From NCBI GenBank assembly GCA_044225615.1, contig JBGAIK010000002.1:1-59939 (forward strand): a stretch of DNA of 59,939 nt, in the 5' to 3' direction. Each line of letters opens with the position of its first letter. The first letter of the stretch is position 1. The DNA comes from Acetobacteraceae bacterium. GTDB taxonomy: Bacteria > Pseudomonadota > Alphaproteobacteria > Acetobacterales > Acetobacteraceae. A program made the translations under genes and the position numbers. Below are positions 23,307-32,920 of the stretch, one piece after another. The notes below the pieces were generated by a model. The model worked only from the letters and a program-made list of their open reading frames with translations. It had not been told where the DNA came from and made no database searches.

Positions 23307-23874
23307 ATGTCCCGCCTGCTCCATCCGCCGTCGACTGGCCGCCCGAGGCCGCCCGCCCGGCGCTGAACGAAACCCGCAGGAAGCTCGGCACGGTGCCGAA
23401 CCTGTTCCGCGTGATCGCCAACAGCCCGGCCGCGCTCGCCGGCTATCTGGGCCTGAGCGGCGCGCTGGCCGGCGGCGTGCTGGATGCCGCCACCCGCGAG
23501 CGGATCGCGCTGGCCGTGGCCGAGTTCAATGGCTGCGGCTACTGCCTGTCGGCGCACACCTACCTGGCACGCAACGTGGCGAAGCTGGATGCGGCCGAGG
23601 TCGCCGCCAACCGTGACGGCACGTCCGGCGATCCGCGCACCGGCGGCCGCCGCCTGCCACCCAGGTGGTGGAACATCGCGGCCATGTCGACGACGTGGCG
23701 ATCGCCGCCGTGCGCGCCGCCGGCTTCTCGGATGCGGAGATCGTCGAGATCGTGCTCCACGTGGCGCTGAACACGCTGACCAACTACGTCAACGAGGTCG
23801 CCGGCACCGAGATCGACTTCCCCGCCGTCGCGCCCGCGCGCCGCGCGGCCTCCGCGCGGGGGCGCTGGCCATGA
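23307..23874 (+). pseudogene. carboxymuconolactone decarboxylase/AhpD-like peroxidase family, at least 2 frameshifts
   Basis: RBS GGAGA then ATG 23307 (MSRL). APSAVDWPPEAARPALNETRRKLGTVPNLFRVIANSPAAL...EFNGCGYCLSAH is in the frame of ORF 23246. VVEHRGHVDDVAIAAVRAAGFSDAEIVEIVLHVALNTLTNY is in the frame of ORF 23665. Junctions are near 23320 and near 23650. Confidence 0.78.
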
Positions 23875-24796
23875 AGTCCGCCATCGCCGCGCTGCTGCTG
23901 GGGGTCGCCGCCTGGGCGGCCCCCGCCAGCGACGCCGCCGCCCAGCCGGTGGCCTACCGGACCGCCCAGGTCGAGGGCCTGGACATCTTCTATCGCGAGG
24001 CCGGGCGCTGATGATGCCCCCGCGCTGCTGCTGCTGCACGGCTTCCCTCCTCCTCGCACATGTTCCGCGACCTGATCCCGGCGCTGGCCGGGAAATACCA
24101 CGTGGTGGCGCCGGACTATCCAGGCTTCGGCCAGTCCTCCGCTCCGCCGGTCGGGGAATTCGCCTACGACTTCGCCCATCTCGCCCGGGTGATGGACGGG
24201 TTCACCCGCGCCGCCGGCCTGTCGAGCTACGTGATCTACATGCAGGACTATGGCGGGCCGGTCGGCTTCCGGCTCGCCTTGCTGCACCCCGAGCGGGTGC
24301 GGGGGCTGGTGGTGCAGAACGCGGTCGCCAACGTGGAGGGGTGGAACAAGGACGTCGTTGCCCGCTTCGCCCCGTACTGGGCGGCCCGCACGCCGGAGAG
24401 CGAGGCGAAGCTGAGCGACTTCCTCGCCGCCGGGACCACGCGCTTCCAGTACCAGCACGGTGCCACCCGCCCCGAGCGGGTGAGCCCCGATGCCTGGGTG
24501 CATGACCAGGCGGGGCTGGACCGGCCGGGCAACGCGGCGATCCAGATGCAGCTGCTGTACCGCTACCAGGACAACGTGGCGCAGTACCCGGCCTGGCAGG
24601 ACTGGCTGCGGCGGGCGCGCAAGCCGCTGGTGGTGTGGGGCGATAACGACCCGTTCTTCACCCCGGCCGGCGCGACCTGTTGAAGGCGCTGGTGCCGAGG
24701 CGAGCGCACCCTATCCGGCCGGACATTGCGCAGACCCACGCCCCCGAGATCGCGCGGGACATGCTGGACTTTCTCGCCCGGCTGCCGGCATCCTGA
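23871..24796 (+). pseudogene. alpha/beta hydrolase (haloalkane dehalogenase/epoxide hydrolase-like), at least 4 frameshifts
   Basis: MKSAIAALLLG...VEGLDIFYREAG runs into a stop at 24009. DAPALLLLHGFP is readable one frame off. The original frame resumes at SSHMFRDLIPALAGKYHVVAPDYPGFGQS...MQDYGGPVG. After PFFTPAGA the tail DLLKALVP...THAPEIARDMLDFLARLPAS* is in another frame, with a further break. Confidence 0.78.
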
Positions 24797-24810
24797 TCAT
24801 GAGCATCGTC

Positions 24811-25262
24811 ATGCAGACCAGTGACGTCGCCTTCTCGCCGGCGGTGAAGTCGGTCCAGGAACGCAAGGGCCTGCGCGGCATGTTCGCCGCGCGGGACCGG
24901 CCGGACCGGATCACGCCAGAGCTGGCGGGACTTCATCGGGGGAGGCCGCGCAGTGCTGGACCACCGCATCGCCTGGGCGGACTTCCCGGCCACGGCCATC
25001 CCGCAACTGGGCTGTCGACGCGCCCATCGCCTGATGGACTACACCCACCGCCGGCGCATCGCGGGGGCCGTGTGGTGGTGGAGGCCCGGCGCTGCGCGTG
25101 CGCTCCACCCGGAGGGACCGCGCACCGCATCGCCGTGGCTGCGTGGGACTTCAAGGGCAACCGGCAACGCGGCGCCGATCACGCTGGGCAGGACCGGCGG
25201 ATCGCGGAACTGGAGACGAGGTGCGGCGGCTGCCCGCGCCGGCCCATCTGCTCCTGATGGAC
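24811..25262 (+). pseudogene. pyridoxamine 5'-phosphate oxidase family protein, heavily degraded/duplicated fragments
   Basis: MQTSDVAFSPAVKSVQERKG...ITPELAG, then family motifs scattered over three frames (AWADF, LMDYTHRRRIAG, VVVVEA, AWDFKGNRQ, ITLG, LLLMDY). The 12-mer ctgatggactac occurs twice (25031 and 25253). Confidence 0.55.
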
Positions 25263-25860
25263 TACCGTGTCCTGTTCACCCCTACGTCCGCATGAAGGAT
25301 GGCGGCGCGGGACGCCTGCTTGTTTTCAGTGGGCACGGCGCGGGTGGCGAACTTGGAGGACGATCCGGCGCTGGTCGCCCGGCTGCACGCCGAGGTTTTG
25401 TCTACCGGGCGATGGCTCTGAGCAGGCGATCGAGTCTCACCGTGGCGTGACGGTCGAAGGGACGATCGACCTTGCGATGGGCTCGGCTGGGAATGACGAC
25501 CGTGCCCGGCGGCGAGGACATGACCCCGCAGCTTCGACGCGGCGATCCGTATTGGCCTGGTCCGCCGCGCTGGAACCTCACCGCCAGTCGGGACCGGCGG
25601 ATCGCGGCGCTGGACCGCGGAGGATCGCGTTGGCGCGCCAGCGCTGCGTGGGCGCGCACGATGGTGCTGATGGCAATGGTATCAGGCGTCTGCGGCGGAT
25701 GCTTCGGACCTTCTACCTCTCAGCCCGACGGTCGTTCTTCGACGGCGATTTCGCTCCGGCCGGTGGTATCGGAGCGATACAGCACCGGGCGCGCCGTCAC
25801 CCCGACGAGTGGCTTCGATCGGTCCCATTGATCATCGCGAAGGGCATAGCGGCGCATCCA
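25262..25860 (-). mobile_element. degraded IS5-family (IS427/IS1031-like) transposase remnant
   Basis: The minus strand reads MRRYALRDDQWDR.KPL..VGVTAR..VLYR (DUF4096-like start, ATG 25857). Further on, in shifted frames, are STIVRAHAA..., VVIPSRAHRKVDRPFDRH..., RAIA.R.DKTSA. Only about 0.6 kb remains, with multiple stops and shifts. Confidence 0.65.
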
Positions 25861-25906
25861 TCAGTAGTGGCTGACGCCCGAAGCTTTCGTCCGCGCCCAG
25901 GATCCC

Positions 25907-27598
25907 CTATTGAGGACGCGGGCTGCCCTTCACCTTTGCCCATGTATCCCGCAGCCCCATCGTGCGATTGAAGACCAGCTTCGCCGAGGTGCTGTCGGGA
26001 TCGGGGCAGAAATAGCCGGTGCGCTCGAACTGGACGGTTTCCGCCGTGTTGGCGGCGGCCAGTGCGGGTTCCACGACGCAGCCGGTCAGGATTTCCAGCG
26101 AGGCGGGGTTGAGGTCGGCCAGGATGTCGCCGTCGGCACCCGGGTCGGGGCGGGTGAAAAGGTGGTTGTAGAGGCGGATTTCGGCCGGCTTCGCCACCGC
26201 GGCCGCGACCCAGTGAATGGTGCCCTGGACCTTGCGGCCGTCCGGGGCGTTGCCGCCGCGGGTGGCCGGGTCGTAGGTGCAGCGGAGTTCCACCACGCGG
26301 CCTTCGGCATCCTTCACGAAGTCGCGGCAGGTGATGAAGTAGCCGTAGCGCAGGCGCACCTCGCGGCCCGGGCCGAGGCGGAAGAACTTGCGCGGCGGGT
26401 CTTCAAGGAAGTCGTCGGATTCGATCCACAGCTCGCGGGCGAAGGTGACCTCGCGGATGCCCTGGTCGGGGTCGTCGGGGTGGTTCACGGCGGGCAGCGT
26501 TTCGGTCTGGCCCTCCGGATAGTTCTCGATCACCACCTTGAGCGGCTTCAGCACCGCCATGCGGCGCGGGGCGGCGCGGTTGAGGTGCTCCCGCACCACG
26601 TGCTCGAACATCGCGTAGTCCACCACGCTGTAGGCGCGGGCGACGCCGATGCGCCGCGCGAAGTCGCGGATGGCGGCGGCCGGGATGCCGCGGCGGCGCA
26701 GGCCGGCGATGGTGGGCATGCGCGGGTCGTCCCAGCCGGTGACGTGGCCGTCGCGCACCAGCGTGGTCAGCACGCGCTTGGACAGGACGGTGTAGGCCAG
26801 GTTGAGGCGGGCGAACTCATACTGGTGCGGGCGGGAGGGGACCGGCAGGTTGTCGATGCACCAGTCATAGAGCGGGCGGTGGTCCTCGAACTCCAGGGTG
26901 CAGACGGAGTGGGTGATGCCCTCGATCGCGTCGGACTGGCCGTGGGCGTAGTCGTAGGTGGGGTAGATCTTCCAGGCGTCGCCGGTGCGCGGGTGGGTGG
27001 CGTGCAGGATGCGGTAGAGCACCGGGTCGCGCAGGTTCATGTTGCCCGAGGCCATGTCGATCTTCGCGCGCAGCACGCGGGCGCCGTTGGGGAACTCGCC
27101 CGATTTCATGCGGCGGAACAGGTCGAGGTTCTCGGCCACGGTGCGGTCGCGGAACGGGGAGTTGCGGCCCGGCTCGGTCAGGGTGCCGCGGGTCTCGCGC
27201 ATCTCGGTCGGCGTCTGGTCGTCGACATAGGCGAGACCCTTTTCGATCAGCACCTCGGCCCAGCGGTAGAGCTGCTCGAAATAGTCGGAGGCGTGGTAGA
27301 GGTGCGCGCCCCAGTCGAAGCCGAGCCAGTGCACGTCGCGCGCGATGGCGTCGATGAACTCCTGCTCTTCCTTCACCGGATTGGTGTCGTCGAAGCGCAG
27401 GTGGCAGCGGCCGGCGAATTCCTGGGCCAGGCCGAAATTCAGGCAGATCGACTTGGCGTGGCCGATATGCAGGTAGCCGTTGGGCTCGGGCGGAAAGCGG
27501 GTGACGACGGATTGCACGCGGCCGGCATCGAGGTCCGCCTGCACGATGTCGCGGATGAAATCGCGACCTGCCTCGTTCTCCGTCTCGCCTGAAGCCAT
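25907..27598 (-). CDS. glnS: glutamine--tRNA ligase
   Basis: Intact. [17 protein letters not shown] (HIGH), TVLSKR (KMSKS-like) and a class I GlxRS C-terminal anticodon domain. ATG 27598 lies within ORF 25907..27658. Confidence 0.95.
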   Translation of the reverse strand: MASGETENEAGRDFIRDIVQADLDAGRVQSVVTRFPPEPNGYLHIGHAKSICLNFGLAQEFAGRCHLRFDDTNPVKEEQEFIDAIARDVHWLGFDWGAHLYHASDYFEQLYRWAEVLIEKGLAYVDDQTPTEMRETRGTLTEPGRNSPFRDRTVAENLDLFRRMKSGEFPNGARVLRAKIDMASGNMNLRDPVLYRILHATHPRTGDAWKIYPTYDYAHGQSDAIEGITHSVCTLEFEDHRPLYDWCIDNLPVPSRPHQYEFARLNLAYTVLSKRVLTTLVRDGHVTGWDDPRMPTIAGLRRRGIPAAAIRDFARRIGVARAYSVVDYAMFEHVVREHLNRAAPRRMAVLKPLKVVIENYPEGQTETLPAVNHPDDPDQGIREVTFARELWIESDDFLEDPPRKFFRLGPGREVRLRYGYFITCRDFVKDAEGRVVELRCTYDPATRGGNAPDGRKVQGTIHWVAAAVAKPAEIRLYNHLFTRPDPGADGDILADLNPASLEILTGCVVEPALAAANTAETVQFERTGYFCPDPDSTSAKLVFNRTMGLRDTWAKVKGSPRPQ

Positions 27599-27712
27599 GC
27601 GCCCACTGTCCTTGAAGCCGGGAGCGGGTCTGTTACGGGGAACCGGGGCGGGGGGCAAGCAACCCTGCCTTGCGCGACGCCAGGGGACGGCACGGCCACA
27701 ATCTTGCTTTCT

Positions 27713-28594
27713 TCAAAGCCGCGCCTCGCGCCCCAGCGCCCGCTCGTAGACGCCGAGCATGGCGGTGACGTCCGCCGCGCCCAGCCCCATGCCGCGCGCC
27801 ATGCGCAGCAGCATCAGCGTCTGGGCGCCGAGCGGGCTGGGGACGCCGAGCTCGTCGGCCAGTTGCTGGGCCAGGCGCAAATCCTTGTGGGCGAGGTCGA
27901 GCGCGAAGGACACCGCGGCGCCGGGCTTCATCGCCCGCGTGGTCAGGCCCTTGAAGGCGGAGCTGGCGCCGGAGCTGCTCATGACGATCTCGGCGAGCTT
28001 GGCAAGATCGATGCCGGCAGCGAGGCCCATCATGATGCCCTCCGATGCCGCGGCCATGTTGGCGAAGCAGAGCTGGTTGTTGATCAGCTTGGCGACGGAG
28101 CCCATGCCGACCGCGCCGACATGCACCTGGGCGGCGCTGAAGCTGGCGAGCAGCGGGCGCTGCGCCTCGAACGCGGCGGCATCGCCGCCGACCATGATGG
28201 TGATGCTGGCCGCGACCGCGCCGGCGACGCCGCCGGAGACCGGGGCCTCCAGCATCGGCACGCCGCGCGCCGCCAGGGCTTCATGAAGCCGGCGCGCGGT
28301 GGCGGGGTCGTTGGTGGAGAGGTCGATGAAGGTCGTGCCGGGGCGGATGTGCGCCACGACCCCGTCGGGGCCGAGCACGACCGATTCGACGATGGCGGGC
28401 ATGGGGAGCGAGGTGATGACCACGTCGCAGGATGCGGCCAGCGCGGCGACCGAGGCGGCCGGTTCCGCACCGGCGCAGGCGGCCATGGCGGCGGCGCTGC
28501 TGTCGAACACCACGACCTGGTGGTTGGTGTTCCTGATGATGTTGCGGCACATCGGGCCGCCCATGTTGCCGACGCCGATGAAGCCGATCTTCAT
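27713..28594 (-). CDS. NAD(P)-dependent 3-hydroxyisobutyrate dehydrogenase family oxidoreductase
   Basis: MKIGFIGVGNMGGPM Rossmann start, APVSGG and SVAKLINNQL. ATG 28594 lies within ORF 27713..28645. Confidence 0.88.
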   Translation of the reverse strand: MKIGFIGVGNMGGPMCRNIIRNTNHQVVVFDSSAAAMAACAGAEPAASVAALAASCDVVITSLPMPAIVESVVLGPDGVVAHIRPGTTFIDLSTNDPATARRLHEALAARGVPMLEAPVSGGVAGAVAASITIMVGGDAAAFEAQRPLLASFSAAQVHVGAVGMGSVAKLINNQLCFANMAAASEGIMMGLAAGIDLAKLAEIVMSSSGASSAFKGLTTRAMKPGAAVSFALDLAHKDLRLAQQLADELGVPSPLGAQTLMLLRMARGMGLGAADVTAMLGVYERALGREARL

Positions 28595-28597
28595 TGG

Positions 28598-28735
28598 AAG
28601 CTCCCTTGGAGTAAGAATCTTCTTTTTCTGAAGAAAAAGAAGCAAAAAGACTTTTTATCCGCTATTCTATCCGCGGAGACTCTGCACCAAATGGCCAAAA
28701 GTTTTTTGGTTCTTTTTTTCAAAAAAGAACCGCTT
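28598..28735. repeat. AT-rich conserved intergenic element, copy A
   Basis: It shares tcttct.t.ttctgaagaaaaagaagcaaaaagactttt.atccg and aagttttttggttctttttttcaaaaaagaac with 36893..37028. It contains palindromes cttcttttt/aaaaagaag and gttctttttt/aaaaaagaac. It stands out in ~70% GC DNA. Confidence 0.9.
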
Positions 28736-29501
28736 ACTTGCCCTTAAACACTGGCCTTCTTTTCTCCATCCACGCCTGCCGTCCTTCCTGCAAGTCCTCC
28801 GACCGCCCCACCGCTGCGGCGCGGCCGGCGATCCGGGCGAGGTCGGCGTCGCCGCGGGCGATGTCGTTGAGCGCCGTCTTCATGCCCTGCACGGCGAGCG
28901 GAGCGTGGGCGGCAAGCGTCGCGGCCCGGGCGGCGACGGTGGTGTCGAGCGCCTCGGGCGGGACCAGTTCGGTGAGGAAGCCGAGGCGCAGCAGTTCCTC
29001 GGCTTCGACGCGCTCGGCGAGGAGAAAGAGGCGCTTGGCGGTGTCGAGGCCGAGGCGGCTGACGTAGCGCTGCATGCCGCCCGGGTAGTAGTGCAGGCCC
29101 AGCGCGGCGGCGGGCATGCGCAGCGCCATGCCGGCGGCACCGATGCGGAAGTCGCAGGCCAGCGCGAGGTCGGTGGAGCCGCCGTAGACGCCGCCGTTCA
29201 GCGCCGCGATCGCGGGCACGCGCACGCGCTCCATGCGGTCCACCATCACGTCGAACCCGGCGGTGGTGTCGTTCCGGTCGGCGCCGATGGCGTCGATGAA
29301 GAAGCCGGAGCTGAAGGATTTGCCCGAGGCCGCGAGCACCAGCACGCGGATGTCAGGATTGGCATCCACCGCGTCGAGCAGGCGCAGCATCTCGATGATG
29401 TCGGCCGGCTCGATGCGGTTGTGCACCGCCGGACGGTTGAGCCGGATGGTGGCGCAATGGCCTTCCACGGCGAGGGTCGGAAGGCCGGAAGCTTCGCTCA
29501 T
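28734..29501 (-). CDS. enoyl-CoA hydratase/isomerase (crotonase) family protein
   Basis: 255-aa intact ORF: LNRPAVHNR...VLVLAASGKSFSSGF...AALNGGVYGGSTDLALACDFRI. Confidence 0.88.
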   Translation of the reverse strand: MSEASGLPTLAVEGHCATIRLNRPAVHNRIEPADIIEMLRLLDAVDANPDIRVLVLAASGKSFSSGFFIDAIGADRNDTTAGFDVMVDRMERVRVPAIAALNGGVYGGSTDLALACDFRIGAAGMALRMPAAALGLHYYPGGMQRYVSRLGLDTAKRLFLLAERVEAEELLRLGFLTELVPPEALDTTVAARAATLAAHAPLAVQGMKTALNDIARGDADLARIAGRAAAVGRSEDLQEGRQAWMEKRRPVFKGK

Positions 29502-29510
29502 CGCAGGTCC

Positions 29511-30293
29511 TCACATGGCGGCGGTCAGGCCGCCATCGACGTAGACCACCTGGCCGTTGACATAGGAAGCGGCGTCGGAGGCGAGGAAGACGGCGGCACC
29601 GGCGATCTCGGCCGGATCGCCCCAGCGGCCCAGCGGGGTGCGGCCGCTGACCCAGTCGGTGAATTTCTGGTCGGCCACCAGCGCCGAATTGAGCTCGGTG
29701 GCGAAGAAGCCGGGGGCGATGGCATTCACCGTGACACCCTGGGGGCCGAGTTCCACGCCGAGGGCGCGGGTCAGCGCGTCGAGCCCGCCCTTGGCGGCGG
29801 CGTAGCCGGGGACGGTGGGGCGGGCGACGCGCGGGCCCATGATGGAGGTGATGAAGATGATGCGGCCCCTGCCCTGCTTCAGCATCGGGCGGGCGGCCTC
29901 GCGCGCCAGCACGAACTGGCTGGTCAGGTTGGTCATCAGGATGCGCGTCCAGTCGGCGGTTTCCCATTCCAGCAGCTTGCGGCGGTGCTGGATGCCGGCG
30001 TTGCCGATGAAGATGTCGAGCCGGCCGTGGCGCTCGGCGATGCCGGCGAGTGCGCGGGCGGCGACGGGTTCGTCGGTGACGTCGAACGCGGCCGCCTCGG
30101 CGCTGAAGCCGGCCGCCGTGACCGCGCCCACCGCGGCATCGAGCGCCACCTGGTCGCGGCCGTTGAAGACCACATGCGCGCCGACCCGGGCCATCGCCTC
30201 GGCCATCGCGCGCCCCAGCCCGCGCGAGGCGCCGGTGACCAGCGCCACGCGGCCGGCGAGCGAGAAGGCGTTCAGCGAAAACGGCTCGGCCAT
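29511..30293 (-). CDS. SDR family oxidoreductase (gluconate 5-dehydrogenase-like)
   Basis: GRVALVTGASRGLG, NAGI, YAAAKGG and a terminal VYVDGGLTAAM. RBS GGAGGAG precedes ATG 30293. Confidence 0.88.
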   Translation of the reverse strand: MAEPFSLNAFSLAGRVALVTGASRGLGRAMAEAMARVGAHVVFNGRDQVALDAAVGAVTAAGFSAEAAAFDVTDEPVAARALAGIAERHGRLDIFIGNAGIQHRRKLLEWETADWTRILMTNLTSQFVLAREAARPMLKQGRGRIIFITSIMGPRVARPTVPGYAAAKGGLDALTRALGVELGPQGVTVNAIAPGFFATELNSALVADQKFTDWVSGRTPLGRWGDPAEIAGAAVFLASDAASYVNGQVVYVDGGLTAAM

Positions 30294-30356
30294 GGACCAG
30301 CTCCTCCGGATCGGCCGGATCATGCGTGATCCGGCGGGGATGCACTGCCGTTTTCG

Positions 30357-30414
30357 CCTAGTGTCCCGATCCCGGAAGTTCGCTCGCCACGAGGCGTCGA
30401 ATCGGGACACTAGG
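30357..30414. repeat. 58-bp hairpin unit with 14-bp terminal inverted repeats (IS-end-like debris)
   Basis: cctagtgtcccgat (30357..30370) pairs with atcgggacactagg (30401..30414). The left arm plus cccggaagttcgc recurs inverted at 31918..31943. Confidence 0.7.
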
Positions 30415-31872
30415 AGCCTGTCCCTGTAACGCCTCACTGGTTTTTTGGGTGGGTATGTTCAGGCGGCTGAAATGAGGGACGCTGGCCGCTCAGGTGGTGA
30501 GCTTTGCGAGGTTGTGGGCGGTGCAGATGAGTGCCCATTCGCTTTTGACCTTGTCGATGCCGCGGAGGAGGAACTGTCGGAAGTTTCTGGCCTGCTTGAT
30601 GTGTCCGTTTCGACGGGTTCGACGACGTATTTTCGCATCCGGTAGCGACTTCGCTGGCCGCCCTGGCGCAGCCTGGCGCGCATGGCCTGGACCAGCCTGC
30701 CACCTTTGGCGCCGCCATCCGGCGTGCTGGCGCGTCCGGCCGCGACGTAGCCGCGCACGGTGCGCTCGATGAGGCCCTCGAGATTGGCCTCGGAGCAGAA
30801 GCCATTGTCGGCGGAGACCTCGCCCGGCATGCCGCCGGTGTTTTCGGCCACCGCGTCGAGCAGCGGCAGCAGGGCGTCGTGGTCGGCGGCGTTGTTGGTG
30901 AGGCGGTGGGCGACGATGACCTGGGCGTCGGCATCGACGGCGGCCTGGGCGTTGTAGGCCTGAACGAAGCCGTCCGGGCCTTTCATGATGCGGCTTTGCG
31001 GATCGGTGAAGTTGCGCTGCGCACTGGGCTTGGGCTGGCCGGGCGGGTGGCCGGGCTTTCGGCCCGGTCGCGGCCTGGGGCTGCCATCGGGGTTGCAGGG
31101 CGGCGGCGGCCGGGCCGCTTCCGCCGCGCGGGCCTCGGCCTCAAGCTCGGCCTTGGCCGCGCGGATGCGGGCCAGACGGGCCTGCTTGTCGCGCATCCAG
31201 TCCGGCGGCTCGTCGCCGCGGCGCTTGCTGCCATACTGCGCGTCCTCGGCCGCGTCCTCCGCCTGCGCGCGGGCCAGCCAGTCCTCCACCTCGCGGCCAA
31301 GCGCCGCCTCGGCCTCGACCATGCGGGCGTAGCTCATCGCCTTGTGCTTCGACGCATTGGCCTTGAGCTTGGTGCCATCCACCGCCACGTGGTCCAGCCC
31401 CACCAGCCCGGCCTTGCGGCACAGCGCCAGCACCTGCACGAACAGGCCGGCCAGCGCATCGAGGTGGCGGCGGCGGAACTCGCTGATGGTGCGGAAATCC
31501 GGCCGGTTCAGCGCGGTGACCGCCTGGAAGTCCAACCGCTCCTCGCAGCCACGCGCGATCCGCCGCGACGAATAGACCCCGCTGCGATACGCATACAGCA
31601 ACAGCACCACCATCATCGCCGGGTGGTAGGGCGGGTAGCCCCTCTCCTCCGTGTAGGCCGCCATGATCGCGGAAAGGTCGAGCTCCTCGCTTACCAAGTC
31701 ACGGATCAGATGGGCCGGGTGGCCAGCCGGCACGAAATCCGCAACCGAGGGAGGCAGAAGCCAAACCTCGTCGATCTTCCAAGGGCGAAACACTCTTTGC
31801 CTATGCCACAACAGAACTCATCCCAACCCGCGCCCTGTCGAGATGCAAAATCAGCCATTACCAGGACAGGCT
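30415..31872 (-). mobile_element. IS1182-family insertion sequence (~1.46 kb)
   Basis: Imperfect terminal inverted repeats: AGCCTGTCCCTGTAACGCCT (30415 inward) versus AGCCTGTCCTGGTAATGGCT (reverse complement of 31853..31872). It encloses a single transposase gene. No clear target duplication was seen. Confidence 0.75.
30490..31811 (-). pseudogene. IS1182-family DDE transposase, one frameshift near the C-terminus
   Basis: LLPPSVADFVPAGHPAHLIRDLV...DGTKLKANASKHKAMSY...DPQSRIMKG...ADNGFCSEAN...YRMRKYVVEPV. The conserved tail GHIKQARNFRQFLLRGIDKVKSEWALICTAHNLAKLTT* is in another frame (junction near 30615, stop 30490). Confidence 0.85.
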
Positions 31873-31943
31873 CCGTTTTTATCAGTGTTCTGGTTACCTT
31901 AACTGCCATGAAGGATGGCGAACTTCGGGGACAGGACACTAGG
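31873..31943. repeat. IS-terminus-like fragment abutting the IS1182 copy
   Basis: It ends in ggggacaggacactagg (the reverse complement resembles the 30357 arm). It contains catgaaggatggcg and tggcgaactt, both also present at 25291..25355 in the IS5-like remnant. Confidence 0.55.
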
Positions 31944-32850
31944 CCCGCTTCGCCAGCGCCTCGCGGTGCCAGACATAGAGGCCGCTGGCCACGATGATGG
32001 CGATGCCGAGCGCGTCCCAGGCATCGGGGAACTCGGACCAGATCGCCATGCCCATGATCGTGGTGTAGACGATGGCGCCGTATTCGAACGGGGCGACCAG
32101 CGTGGCCTCGCCGCTGCGGTAGCCCTCGGTCATCAGCATCTGGGCGGCGGCCGAGCCGAGGCCGATGGCGGCGAGGCCGAGCAGCTGGGCGGGTGTGGGC
32201 GCAATCCAGAACGGGGCGGCGCACAGGGCGGCAAGCAGCGTGCTGCCGATCGAGAACCATACGATGATCGCCTCATTGCTCTCGCCGCCGGCGCCGAGGC
32301 GGCGGATGCTGATCATCGAGAAGGCCCAGCACACCACGCCGGCGAGCACCACCAGCACCGGCACCAGCGGCAGCGCCGCGCTGCTGGCCTGCCAGGGCTG
32401 CACCATGACCAGCACGCCCAGCATGCCGGCCAGCACGGCGGTGACGCGGCGCCAGCCGACGCGCTCGCCCAGGAAGGGCACGCTGAGGATGGTCAGGAAC
32501 AGCGGCATGGCGAAGCCGAGCGCGGTGTTGGTGGCGAGCGGCAGGTGAGCATAGCCGTAGAAGGAGGTGACCATGCCGGTGAAGCCGAAGCCCGTGCGCA
32601 TCACATGGCCCCACGGGTTGCGCGTGCGCAGCAGCAGGCCGAGCCCGCCCCTGCGGTGCAGCAGCGGCAGCACCGCCAGGCCCACCACGGCGCTGCGGAA
32701 CAATGCGATCTCGAAGGCCGGGATGTCGGTGGCGACCGCCTTGATCAGGGCGGAGACGACCGAGAAGCAGGCCGAGGCGCCGAGCACGCACAGGATTGCG
32801 TGCCGCCGCAACGCCGCGGCGGAGGCGTCGCCTGTCATGGACGCTTCCAT
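31939..32850 (-). CDS. DMT superfamily (EamA-like) transporter
   Basis: 303-aa ORF with 10 hydrophobic segments and two EamA-like halves. Its TAG stop (31939..31941) lies inside the repeat terminus cactagg. Confidence 0.85.
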   Translation of the reverse strand: MEASMTGDASAAALRRHAILCVLGASACFSVVSALIKAVATDIPAFEIALFRSAVVGLAVLPLLHRRGGLGLLLRTRNPWGHVMRTGFGFTGMVTSFYGYAHLPLATNTALGFAMPLFLTILSVPFLGERVGWRRVTAVLAGMLGVLVMVQPWQASSAALPLVPVLVVLAGVVCWAFSMISIRRLGAGGESNEAIIVWFSIGSTLLAALCAAPFWIAPTPAQLLGLAAIGLGSAAAQMLMTEGYRSGEATLVAPFEYGAIVYTTIMGMAIWSEFPDAWDALGIAIIVASGLYVWHREALAKRA

Positions 32851-32920
32851 GGTTGAAACCTAGTCGGGCGGGCCAACCTGCACTAGCCTCGCCGCCTTCC
32901 AACCAGGGAACGAACTGCAC

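Noticed and set aside
25907-27598. glnS as a horizontally acquired gene, because it lies next to the IS remnant and many alphaproteobacteria use the GatCAB route
   Set aside because: The composition and codon style look the same as the surroundings, and several alphaproteobacterial lineages do encode GlnRS. I cannot support acquisition from this window alone.
30357-30414. 58-bp hairpin as a tRNA or small RNA gene
   Set aside because: It has no cloverleaf or anticodon architecture. Its arms match the IS-terminus-like sequence at 31918..31943, so it is better explained as IS/MITE debris.
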